From a virus (lineage: Duplodnaviria > Caudoviricetes), in IMG/VR virus record IMGVR_UViG_3300013103_000006, positions 10,927 to 74,926 of that record: a stretch of DNA of 64,000 nt, one strand, 5' to 3'. The stretch's first letter is position 1; each line of letters starts with the position of its first letter. Both the position numbers and the translations under genes were made by a program. This document shows, one piece after another, positions 1 through 7,528 of this stretch. The notes under the pieces were generated by a model. That model did no database searches, was not told where the DNA came from, and was given only the letters and a program-made list of their open reading frames with translations.

Positions 1-1
1 G

Positions 2-352
2 ATACTACATTCTCTCTTTGCAGAGAAATGTCATTACAAAAATTCATCAGAAGCTAAGATTCTATTAGATATTCTCTTCTCCCGCTTTGACATTCATAGC
101 GAGATTATAAAGCTGGATGCTTATACACTGCTAAATCTCTATGCTGAATCAGATATGGTTAACTCTACAAAAAATCCTGATATTCTTGCAGGTGCAGTAT
201 TTAAGGAGGTATTAGACCATCATAAATATAAGTATAATGTAGATGAGCTAGCTGATGTTTTGAATGTAGAGCCAGTGAAAATCTATCAGGAACATGAGAA
301 AGTTAAATGGTTTGCTCAGGATTATTATTGGAGAGATGTAAATGGTAGCTGA
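2..352 (+). CDS. 5'-truncated ORF, TFB/TFIIB-like cyclin-fold repeat
   Basis: Frame is open from base 2 (the track shows only 155..352). KNPDILAGAVF...NVDELADVLNVEPVKI resembles the GxxPxxxAxAxLY...TxxExAxVxxVxxxT(I/V) pattern of the TFB cyclin repeat. Confidence 0.5.
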   Translation: MLHSLFAEKCHYKNSSEAKILLDILFSRFDIHSEIIKLDAYTLLNLYAESDMVNSTKNPDILAGAVFKEVLDHHKYKYNVDELADVLNVEPVKIYQEHEKVKWFAQDYYWRDVNGS

Positions 353-590
353 ATTCATAACTGGTTTAATAATCCTGTTAGTTACGGCTATCATATATCC
401 TCTAGTAGTAGCAATCTATAAAGGAGTTCTCCCTATATCTATAGGTATTCTACTTTCACTTGCTGTTATAACATCTGGACTTCTCATTGGCTTTTATCTC
501 TCCATAGAAATGATACCAGCATTCTTAATAGGTGTATTCTTTGCAGAAATACTAATTTTGTTAGGAATCCCTATCCTTTATAGGGAGTGA
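342..590 (+). CDS. Small membrane protein (about 3 TM)
   Basis: Almost entirely hydrophobic; overlaps the upstream stop; GGAGA upstream. Confidence 0.7.
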   Translation: MVAEFITGLIILLVTAIIYPLVVAIYKGVLPISIGILLSLAVITSGLLIGFYLSIEMIPAFLIGVFFAEILILLGIPILYRE

Positions 591-630
591 TGTTTTAGAC
601 TAGCTATATTAGCTAGAAAGGAGGTAAAAT

Positions 631-1254
631 ATGGCAAAAATATTAACAGCAAAAGATTTTAAAGAGTATCTGAACAAGGTGCCAAGAAACTTTATTCAGA
701 AGGAAGAAGATGGAGAGCTAGAAGTGAAATTTCTAGGACATATTCAGGCTGTGGAACCAGGTGATACTGATTTATCTGGAAGAGTATGGAATCCTCAAGC
801 TGAATGGACAAAACATGAAATAGAAGCAGAAATAAATGGTAGGAAAGTCATATACAGTCTTGGTGGGGAAAGGTCACCACTGCTACTCAGGATATTCGAG
901 ATAGCGGTAGACAATGATATATCACCAGAGGATATTCCAGGCACAAGATGGAAGATTAGTAGACAAGGAAATACTTGGAATGTTGTCTATCTAGGTAAGG
1001 ACAATCAATCAGCAGATAGCTCTAGCATTATCGAGGCTATCAAAGAAGTAATCAGTGCTATTAAGGAAGCATCTCCGGAGTATTTCAAAAACCCAGTGTC
1101 TACGGATGAGTTTGTAACCGCTATAACAATAAAATCATACGCTACTGGCAACAAACTGGAGAAGGAGAAGGTTAGAGCAGTTTTAGATGATTTAGTGAAT
1201 GCCAAAGTGATAGAGTATACCACAGAAGACAAATCAGAGGTCAAGGTATTATGA
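631..1254 (+). CDS. Putative ssDNA-binding protein (beta-rich N-domain plus C-terminal winged helix)
   Basis: Strong AAGGAGGT RBS. Ser-rich linker, then a wHTH-like tail (VRAVLDDLVNAKVIEY). Directly upstream of the DHH and RadB-like genes. Confidence 0.45.
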   Translation: MAKILTAKDFKEYLNKVPRNFIQKEEDGELEVKFLGHIQAVEPGDTDLSGRVWNPQAEWTKHEIEAEINGRKVIYSLGGERSPLLLRIFEIAVDNDISPEDIPGTRWKISRQGNTWNVVYLGKDNQSADSSSIIEAIKEVISAIKEASPEYFKNPVSTDEFVTAITIKSYATGNKLEKEKVRAVLDDLVNAKVIEYTTEDKSEVKVL

Positions 1255-2144
1255 AGATACACTGTCACGACGATGCTGATGGGCTTACATCCGCCCTCTT
1301 TACTTCTTTTGCTATTAATCCAGAGAAGATTTTAGTGAAGACTAAATTTGGGGATATAAGCGATTGGTCTAAGGGAGACTACATGGTTGATATGAGACCA
1401 GAAAGTCCTGATATAGAGGGAGTTGTTATAGACCATCACCTAGATCATCCTGACGAAAGAAATTATACGCTGATATGGGATGATGTCCCTGCTACTATGA
1501 TAGCTTTTAATACTTTTAAAGAACATATCCCAAAAACTCAATACTGGAAAGCTGTAATAGGTTTAGGTGGTGATGCAGCTCTTCATCTCTTAACCAGCGA
1601 AATAATAGAATCTGACCCCCAACTTAGAATGAATGTTAAGACATCTATTTCCTCTAAATGGGATGTCAATGTTCATTACTATCCATTGTATCGAATGCTA
1701 TCATCTGATATCAATGCTCTGCTTAGGATAAGAAAAATTAATGAAGCATTACAGTTAATGATTCTATCGGAGAGACCTTTAGATATTCATGAGAATGAAG
1801 ATGTAATATCAGCTAAATCGATACTCAAGGATGAGGTTAAGAGAGTGCTTAATTCCTGTGAGGTTTATTCAATTAAGGAGGTTAATGTAGCGGTTATTAA
1901 TACTGAGTTTAAGCTGACTGGATACATTGCTACGATCTTAGATAAATCTGGAGCATCTACAACCATAGTCATTAATAAGAATGATAGAAGCGTATCTGTT
2001 AGAGGAGATTTAGCTTTATATCTGAAAGAGAAGCTCAACTCTCTCAACTACATTGAGTTTAGCGGTCATCCAGGATTCATGGGTGGCCATATAGGCGGTG
2101 GTAATGTCTATAAACTCTTGGATGATTTAACTCAAGCACTATGA
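1251..2144 (+). CDS. DHH phosphoesterase/exonuclease (RecJ/GAN-like)
   Basis: HDDADG, VDM and IDHH motifs; C-terminal GHxxxxGG (DHHA1-like). Confidence 0.85.
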   Translation: MKIHCHDDADGLTSALFTSFAINPEKILVKTKFGDISDWSKGDYMVDMRPESPDIEGVVIDHHLDHPDERNYTLIWDDVPATMIAFNTFKEHIPKTQYWKAVIGLGGDAALHLLTSEIIESDPQLRMNVKTSISSKWDVNVHYYPLYRMLSSDINALLRIRKINEALQLMILSERPLDIHENEDVISAKSILKDEVKRVLNSCEVYSIKEVNVAVINTEFKLTGYIATILDKSGASTTIVINKNDRSVSVRGDLALYLKEKLNSLNYIEFSGHPGFMGGHIGGGNVYKLLDDLTQAL

Positions 2145-3193
2145 GAATTATAGAACAGTCTTTAGACAATGATCATATTGCAAGATTCATCATAGAGGGT
2201 GATAGTGGTAAGGAGTATTGTGTAGAGTTAGATGGTGATACTGGAGCTACTCTATGTGACTGTCCTAGGCATGTGTATAAAAAAGAAGTTTGTAAGCACA
2301 TCAAGTTTATTCTATCCAATCTGGATAGGATTGATTTTAAGAAGCTGATGGAGGTTAGAAGTATGAAGATGTTAAAAAGTGGCTGTACAACTATTGATAC
2401 TCTATTAGGCGGTGGTTTTCCTTATGGAATGGTTACTTCAGTGACATCAGAGCCAAATATTGGAAAGACAAAACTAGGATTACAGCTGGCTCTGGCTAAT
2501 ATCAAAGAGACAGGAAAGAAATCCATCATCATAGAGACAGAAGGTGAAGCAATCGATGACCAGAAGGCTATCCTAAAGAGATTTGCTCCCAGATACGGTC
2601 TAGATAATTTCATGGATAAGATAGTCTACTACCAGCCTCTTGGTGATACTAAGGAATTCGGAATTCAAAAACTCATGAGGCTGTTTGGTTATGATTTAAA
2701 ACTGGATATGTCTAATGGCGGTAAATTCTCTACATCATTCGCTCAGATTAAGCCACAGCTTAATGAGAAACTACTATCTGAGTCATCATTCATACTCATT
2801 GATTCCATTACTACTCCTATTAAAGAGAGTGTTGGCTCTGAAACTCAGAATCTACCAGCTAGAGCAGCAATCATCCAGAGACTTTATGGGAAACTTTATC
2901 AGTTTGCTAAAACATACAATCTAGCTATAGTAGTGAACCATCACACATCTACAAATCCTGTTATGCCATTCGGTAAAGACTTAGGGAAGATGTATGGAGG
3001 CTCTCCTGTCCTGTATAACTCAAAATATGCTATACAGCTATTGCCATCAACCTCAAAAATCAAGAAGGATAAATTCCAAGGCTTCGAATTAGAAGCTAGG
3101 AGAGTAAGGCTCATAAGACATCCGTTCAATGTAGCTGATGGTCAGCTGTTTGATATTAGATTAAAGAAAGACTTTGGGTTTGTTGATTTATGA
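2141..3193 (+). CDS. SWIM Zn finger fused to RadA/RadB-like RecA-fold ATPase
   Basis: CDCP...CKH SWIM motif; SGCTTIDTLLGGG, Walker A variant SEPNIGKT, Walker B ILIDS. Confidence 0.85.
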   Translation: MRIIEQSLDNDHIARFIIEGDSGKEYCVELDGDTGATLCDCPRHVYKKEVCKHIKFILSNLDRIDFKKLMEVRSMKMLKSGCTTIDTLLGGGFPYGMVTSVTSEPNIGKTKLGLQLALANIKETGKKSIIIETEGEAIDDQKAILKRFAPRYGLDNFMDKIVYYQPLGDTKEFGIQKLMRLFGYDLKLDMSNGGKFSTSFAQIKPQLNEKLLSESSFILIDSITTPIKESVGSETQNLPARAAIIQRLYGKLYQFAKTYNLAIVVNHHTSTNPVMPFGKDLGKMYGGSPVLYNSKYAIQLLPSTSKIKKDKFQGFELEARRVRLIRHPFNVADGQLFDIRLKKDFGFVDL

Positions 3194-3462
3194 GCGATAG
3201 AATCTATAACCATCCGGATATCAGCGATTTGTATCACTCATTAAAGTTATTCACGGATATTAAAAGCATAACCATCGAGAGAGTTCCAGTATTTCCTGGA
3301 GGTCGCATGGAAATCCTCTTAGAAGAGGGACGAGCAACTTATGCATACAGTTTAGAGCCACTCTCACTTATATTAGTATCTTATGTATCTAATAATGACT
3401 CACTTAATATTGAAGACCTAACCAATAAGTTGGAGATGTGTTTCAAACTTCTTTATCTATAG
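3190..3462 (+). CDS. Hypothetical protein
   Basis: ATGA-coupled to neighbours; no motif recognised. Confidence 0.6.
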   Translation: MSDRIYNHPDISDLYHSLKLFTDIKSITIERVPVFPGGRMEILLEEGRATYAYSLEPLSLILVSYVSNNDSLNIEDLTNKLEMCFKLLYL

Positions 3463-4148
3463 CCATGGAAATTATAGCTGATGTAAGAGAGCCTGATTCA
3501 ATTGTAAAGAGATTACATGTGCCTTATAAAAAACAATTTCTTCAAGTTGGTGATTATGTTATTGGGGATGTTGTAATAGAAAGAAAATCTCATGACCTAA
3601 TACCCTCCCTCACGTCAAAACGAATTTTCAACCAGCTGTCAAATTTAGCTCAAGCTCCACATCCAATCTTAGTAATTGAGAATACTAATCTCTGGCGTGA
3701 TATGTACTTCAATGAAAACAAACATATTCACAAAAGTCTTTATGGGTTTCTCTTCACAGTTGCAGTTAAATTTAAGATACCCGTTATAAAAGTGGATTCA
3801 AGAGAAGAGTTTATAGAGCTATTGGAATCCATTTATTATGCTGTTAACAAAGAAGGAACCTCTAGTAGACCAATCTTTGTTCAGAGAAAACCTACTACTC
3901 TAGGAGAGATTCAGGAAAACATGCTAGCTCAGATTCCAGGAATATCCATAAAGAAAGCTCAAAATCTTTTGGAGAAATTCAATGGAATCCTAGGGGTTGT
4001 ATTAGCCACAGAGAAAGATCTAGTTGAGACTTCTGGTATTGGTAAGAAATTAGCAAAACAAATTGTTGAGGTATGGAATTATGACTATAAAAGAGAGAAA
4101 GAAAAAAATAGAGGAGCAAATAAAACAAAGGCAGGAAGAAATCAATAA
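3438..4148 (+). CDS. ERCC4/XPF-type structure-specific endonuclease with C-terminal HhH2 (likely start 3465)
   Basis: ADVRE, GDY and VIERKS motifs; IPGISIKKA and GIGKKLA helix-hairpin-helix pair. Confidence 0.9.
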   Translation: MFQTSLSIAMEIIADVREPDSIVKRLHVPYKKQFLQVGDYVIGDVVIERKSHDLIPSLTSKRIFNQLSNLAQAPHPILVIENTNLWRDMYFNENKHIHKSLYGFLFTVAVKFKIPVIKVDSREEFIELLESIYYAVNKEGTSSRPIFVQRKPTTLGEIQENMLAQIPGISIKKAQNLLEKFNGILGVVLATEKDLVETSGIGKKLAKQIVEVWNYDYKREKEKNRGANKTKAGRNQ

Positions 4149-4341
4149 TCTTGTTGAGGAATATAACAGACTTCAGGAATTAGAGTTTGAAGAGTCAGAG
4201 GAATACATAAAGATAGTATGCCTTGGATGCTCTGGTAGAGGCTATATTAAAGATAATAAAGAACTAAGAAGCTGCCAGTATTGCAAAGGCAAAGGATATC
4301 TCTGGGCTAAGAAATGGAGTGGTCAAAATGGTATTAATTAG
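4063..4341 (+). CDS. Coiled coil plus DnaJ-type Zn finger protein
   Basis: CLGCSGRG and CQYCKGKG (CxxCxGxG twice). Confidence 0.7.
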   Translation: MLRYGIMTIKERKKKIEEQIKQRQEEINNLVEEYNRLQELEFEESEEYIKIVCLGCSGRGYIKDNKELRSCQYCKGKGYLWAKKWSGQNGIN

Positions 4342-5350
4342 CTGTTTAGAGCTATTTGGTGGAATAGGAGGATTCTCTTATGGAATTGAAAAAGCAATCG
4401 GAAAAGAAAGTTATAAACTTGCAGGATACTATGACATCGACAAGTATGCTACAGCAGTCTTCAACTACAACTTCAAAACAGAATATCATCCAACTGACAT
4501 TAGACAAGCATCAACAGATAACATTCCAAGACATAATCTCCTCTGTGCAGGATTTCCTTGTCAAGCATTCAGCATTGCTGGAAAGAGGAGAGGTTTCGAA
4601 GATACCAGAGGCACACTGTTTTTTGAGATTGCAAGAATACTTGAAGCTAAAAAACCTTCGTATTTTATCCTCGAAAACGTCAGAGGTTTACTCAGTCACC
4701 AAAAAGGGCAAACTTATAAAGTCATCCTTGAAGTCTTGGAAGACTTGGGGTATGAATATCAATGGATGGTTCTTAACAGCAGATTTTTTGGAGTTCCCCA
4801 GAACAGGGAGAGAGTGTTCATTATCGGAAATCTTAGAGGAAAACCCAGACCAGAAATATTACCTTTCAGAGAAGATGCAGAAGAGAATAAGAGAGTTCAT
4901 TCAAAAGAAGCTGCGAGATGCTTAGATGCAAATATGTACAAAGGAATAATGCCAAGAGAGTATTTCGAAAGATGTAGAAGAAATATTATTGTTCACTCCC
5001 TACAGCCAAGGAGTCCAAACAGACCTTCTCTCAAATATAGTCATGGAGGAAGTGGGCATTTAATGAGATATGATGAAATAACATATTGCCTAGATGTTGG
5101 TAATACTCAGGCTATTGAGATAGCGTCAAAGACAGTTAGAAGACTAACCCCCGTAGAGTGTGAGAGACTACAAGGCTTCCCTGATAACTGGACAAAGTAT
5201 GGAAAATTCTATAATGAGAAAAAGAAGACTTGGGAGATAAGAGAAATCTCGGATACTCAGCGGTATAAGATGCTTGGAAATGCCGTAACAACTAAGGTTA
5301 TAACTGCAATTATAAGCCGGCTTTATAAATTCATGGAGGAAAGAGAATGA
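4319..5350 (+). CDS. dcm: C5-cytosine DNA methyltransferase
   Basis: ELFGGIGG (I), GFPCQ (IV), ENV (VI), QNRERV (VIII), RRLTPVECERLQGFP (IX), GNAV (X). No cognate restriction enzyme adjacent. Confidence 0.95.
   Translation: MVKMVLISCLELFGGIGGFSYGIEKAIGKESYKLAGYYDIDKYATAVFNYNFKTEYHPTDIRQASTDNIPRHNLLCAGFPCQAFSIAGKRRGFEDTRGTLFFEIARILEAKKPSYFILENVRGLLSHQKGQTYKVILEVLEDLGYEYQWMVLNSRFFGVPQNRERVFIIGNLRGKPRPEILPFREDAEENKRVHSKEAARCLDANMYKGIMPREYFERCRRNIIVHSLQPRSPNRPSLKYSHGGSGHLMRYDEITYCLDVGNTQAIEIASKTVRRLTPVECERLQGFPDNWTKYGKFYNEKKKTWEIREISDTQRYKMLGNAVTTKVITAIISRLYKFMEERE
4380..4925 (+). CDS. Overlapping alternative-frame ORF inside the methylase (EcoHK31I beta-like)
   Basis: 181 open codons; AGGAGG 8 nt upstream (4366-4371); WGM..NG.FLT..EFP..G.ECSLSEILE..KYYLS segment. 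Confidence 0.55.
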   Translation: MELKKQSEKKVINLQDTMTSTSMLQQSSTTTSKQNIIQLTLDKHQQITFQDIISSVQDFLVKHSALLERGEVSKIPEAHCFLRLQEYLKLKNLRILSSKTSEVYSVTKKGKLIKSSLKSWKTWGMNINGWFLTADFLEFPRTGRECSLSEILEENPDQKYYLSEKMQKRIREFIQKKLRDA

Positions 5351-5580
5351 GGAAGAGCCTTTATATCTGCGATAGATGCGGAGAGGAAATATCAATTCCA
5401 ACATGCTCTATCAAAGTAGAAGCAACTGGCTTCTTCTCGGGCGAGATACTTCTAGATGAGGAGTATCATCTTTGCTCATCATGCCTTGATGAAGTCAAGA
5501 GTCAGCTTAAGAAACGAGAGTCAATCTCTAATTTTTTGAGGCAATTAGGTGATAAAGATGGCATCAGTGAATCCATTTAA
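5347..5580 (+). CDS. Small Zn-finger protein
   Basis: CDRC...HLCSSC; ATGA overlap with the methylase stop. Confidence 0.7.
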   Translation: MRKSLYICDRCGEEISIPTCSIKVEATGFFSGEILLDEEYHLCSSCLDEVKSQLKKRESISNFLRQLGDKDGISESI

Positions 5581-6223
5581 AATGACTAAGGCAGAACTTC
5601 AAAAATTTCTAACTGGAAGATGTAAGCACTACCATTTTTACTATGAGCACCCCGCCTGCTTCATAAAAGAGATGGGTTATCCAGTCAGGAGGGGCTTCCT
5701 AGATATTGAAACTTCTAATCTAGATGCTGATTTTGGTATTTTGCTATCATACGCTATCAAAGTAGAGGATAAGAGAAAGATATACGGCAGGCATATAACC
5801 AAAGAGGAATTAAGAAGTAATACACTAGATAAGCAATTGGTTAAGGAATGTATTAAAGACATGATGAGATTTGATGAACTAGTATCCTACTATGGTACTC
5901 GGTTTGACTTGAAATTCCTACGTTCTAGAGCTTTATATTGGGGACTGGATTTCCCAGAATATGGATATATTAAGCATAAGGATTGCTACTATATGGTTAG
6001 AAATAGACTCAAACTTCATAGGAATAGATTAGAGGATGCTTGCAGACTACTTGGTATTAAAGGAAAGACACATCTCGATGGAAAGATATGGGTACAAGCT
6101 CTTACTGGAGATGAAAAGGCTTTAAAATACATCTTTGACCATAATAAGAAAGATGTTATAATTCTAGAAAAATTATTTAAGAGGCTAGAGGTCTATGTCA
6201 GACCGACGAACAGGAGTATCTAG
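5549..6223 (+). CDS. DnaQ/RNase H-fold 3'-5' exonuclease
   Basis: DEDD-type motifs LDIET, YYGTRFD, HNKKDV. Confidence 0.85.
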   Translation: MIKMASVNPFKMTKAELQKFLTGRCKHYHFYYEHPACFIKEMGYPVRRGFLDIETSNLDADFGILLSYAIKVEDKRKIYGRHITKEELRSNTLDKQLVKECIKDMMRFDELVSYYGTRFDLKFLRSRALYWGLDFPEYGYIKHKDCYYMVRNRLKLHRNRLEDACRLLGIKGKTHLDGKIWVQALTGDEKALKYIFDHNKKDVIILEKLFKRLEVYVRPTNRSI

Positions 6224-7112
6224 TTTCATAGATGAATTCTATGGAGGCTATAGATACTTCGGTTACTGGAATCAAGTCAGAGTTTATAGTAAGAAGGAGG
6301 TATTGAAGTTAATATCAGAGCATGCTGGTCTTGATAATTGTGGCTTATCTATATCAACCTTCATAGATGGTATGCCATTCCTTCTATTTGTTCCATTTGA
6401 CTTTGACTCATTGGAAGATAATTTAGAAAATGCCTACAATGAAGCAAACAGAGTCTATGATTTCTTCAAGTCATCTGGCTTTCAAACTTCCTTGAATTTC
6501 AGTGGTAATAGAGGATTTCATGTTCTTGTTAAAACCAAACCCGATATCTACTCATCACGTCAACTAAGGAAGTTTCATGATATTATAGCGAGACTCTTGA
6601 GACTCAAATTTGTAGACAGACAGCTCTTTGGTGATATTAGAAGACTCATACGTATTCCAGGAACCCTTCATCCTAAAACCGGCTTACTAGCATTCACTAT
6701 TAAGTCTTGCAAAGGACAGCCTCTAGACTTACATAAATTCATTACAAATGGTTTGCCTGATGCTGAAGTGAGGGTGAATAGCAAAATTAAAGTCAGACAC
6801 CCATATCCCTGTGTTGAGGAAATTATTAGGAATGACCCAGAACCACCACAACTCATTAGATTCACGTATGTCATTCATCGATTATCTGAAGGCTATACAA
6901 CAAAGGAAATCTTAGAGGAAATTAGAAGCTTTGGATGGGTTGATTTCAATGAACGCATTACTCTTTATCAGATTAAGCATATAGCTAATGGAGGCTACTA
7001 TCCACTATCATGTGAGAGTATTAAACAATTAGGGTATTGCTTAAAGGATTGTCCATATAAAGATAAGGAGAATCTAAGACAGAAATGGCTTAATTATATT
7101 AGGAGGAAATAA
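6195..7112 (+). CDS. Archaeo-eukaryotic primase, PriS catalytic domain fused to PriL Fe-S domain
   Basis: FDFD, FSGNRGFH, RLIRIPGTLH; C-terminal PC...C..I...GYC..C. Confidence 0.88.
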   Translation: MSDRRTGVSSFIDEFYGGYRYFGYWNQVRVYSKKEVLKLISEHAGLDNCGLSISTFIDGMPFLLFVPFDFDSLEDNLENAYNEANRVYDFFKSSGFQTSLNFSGNRGFHVLVKTKPDIYSSRQLRKFHDIIARLLRLKFVDRQLFGDIRRLIRIPGTLHPKTGLLAFTIKSCKGQPLDLHKFITNGLPDAEVRVNSKIKVRHPYPCVEEIIRNDPEPPQLIRFTYVIHRLSEGYTTKEILEEIRSFGWVDFNERITLYQIKHIANGGYYPLSCESIKQLGYCLKDCPYKDKENLRQKWLNYIRRK

Positions 7113-7113
7113 A

Positions 7114-7248
7114 ATGGTGAAATGTGAATACTGTCTAAATTTCGATGGTGAATACTGCACATTTTATAATAAGCCAATAGAAAACCCTAAGAAAGATAGA
7201 AAATGCTCCAAATATATTGATATCGGTTGTGTTGGAACGATGTTTTAA
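7114..7248 (+). CDS. 44-aa Cys-rich protein missed by the ORF track
   Basis: Translated by hand: MVKCEYCLNFDGEYCTFYNKPIENPKKDRKCSKYIDIGCVGTMF; AGGAGG upstream; fills the gap. Confidence 0.65.
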   Translation: MVKCEYCLNFDGEYCTFYNKPIENPKKDRKCSKYIDIGCVGTMF

Positions 7249-7528
7249 AGGTGATATAATGGATACATCATCTATCTTGATATCAATAGTGTCCACAGCA
7301 ATAATCCTGATAGCAATCTTTCTCTTTTATAGAAGACTATATAGAGAGGAGCAATATCATTTTGAGTTCAATCCTGATATAGATGAAGAGGCAACTCTTG
7401 AAGAACTAGAAACTCTGGTTGGATTTCTTAATAATGCATTACGTGAATCAAATTTGGGAGTTAAGCTAGTAATTGTACCCGATAACGAGGAGGAGCAGGA
7501 AAATGATAATAGAATCGCATACACTTAA
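7217..7528 (+). CDS. Single-pass membrane protein (likely start 7259)
   Basis: N-terminal TM, acidic tail; AAGGTGA RBS before ATG 7259. Confidence 0.65.
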   Translation: MISVVLERCFKGDIMDTSSILISIVSTAIILIAIFLFYRRLYREEQYHFEFNPDIDEEATLEELETLVGFLNNALRESNLGVKLVIVPDNEEEQENDNRIAYT

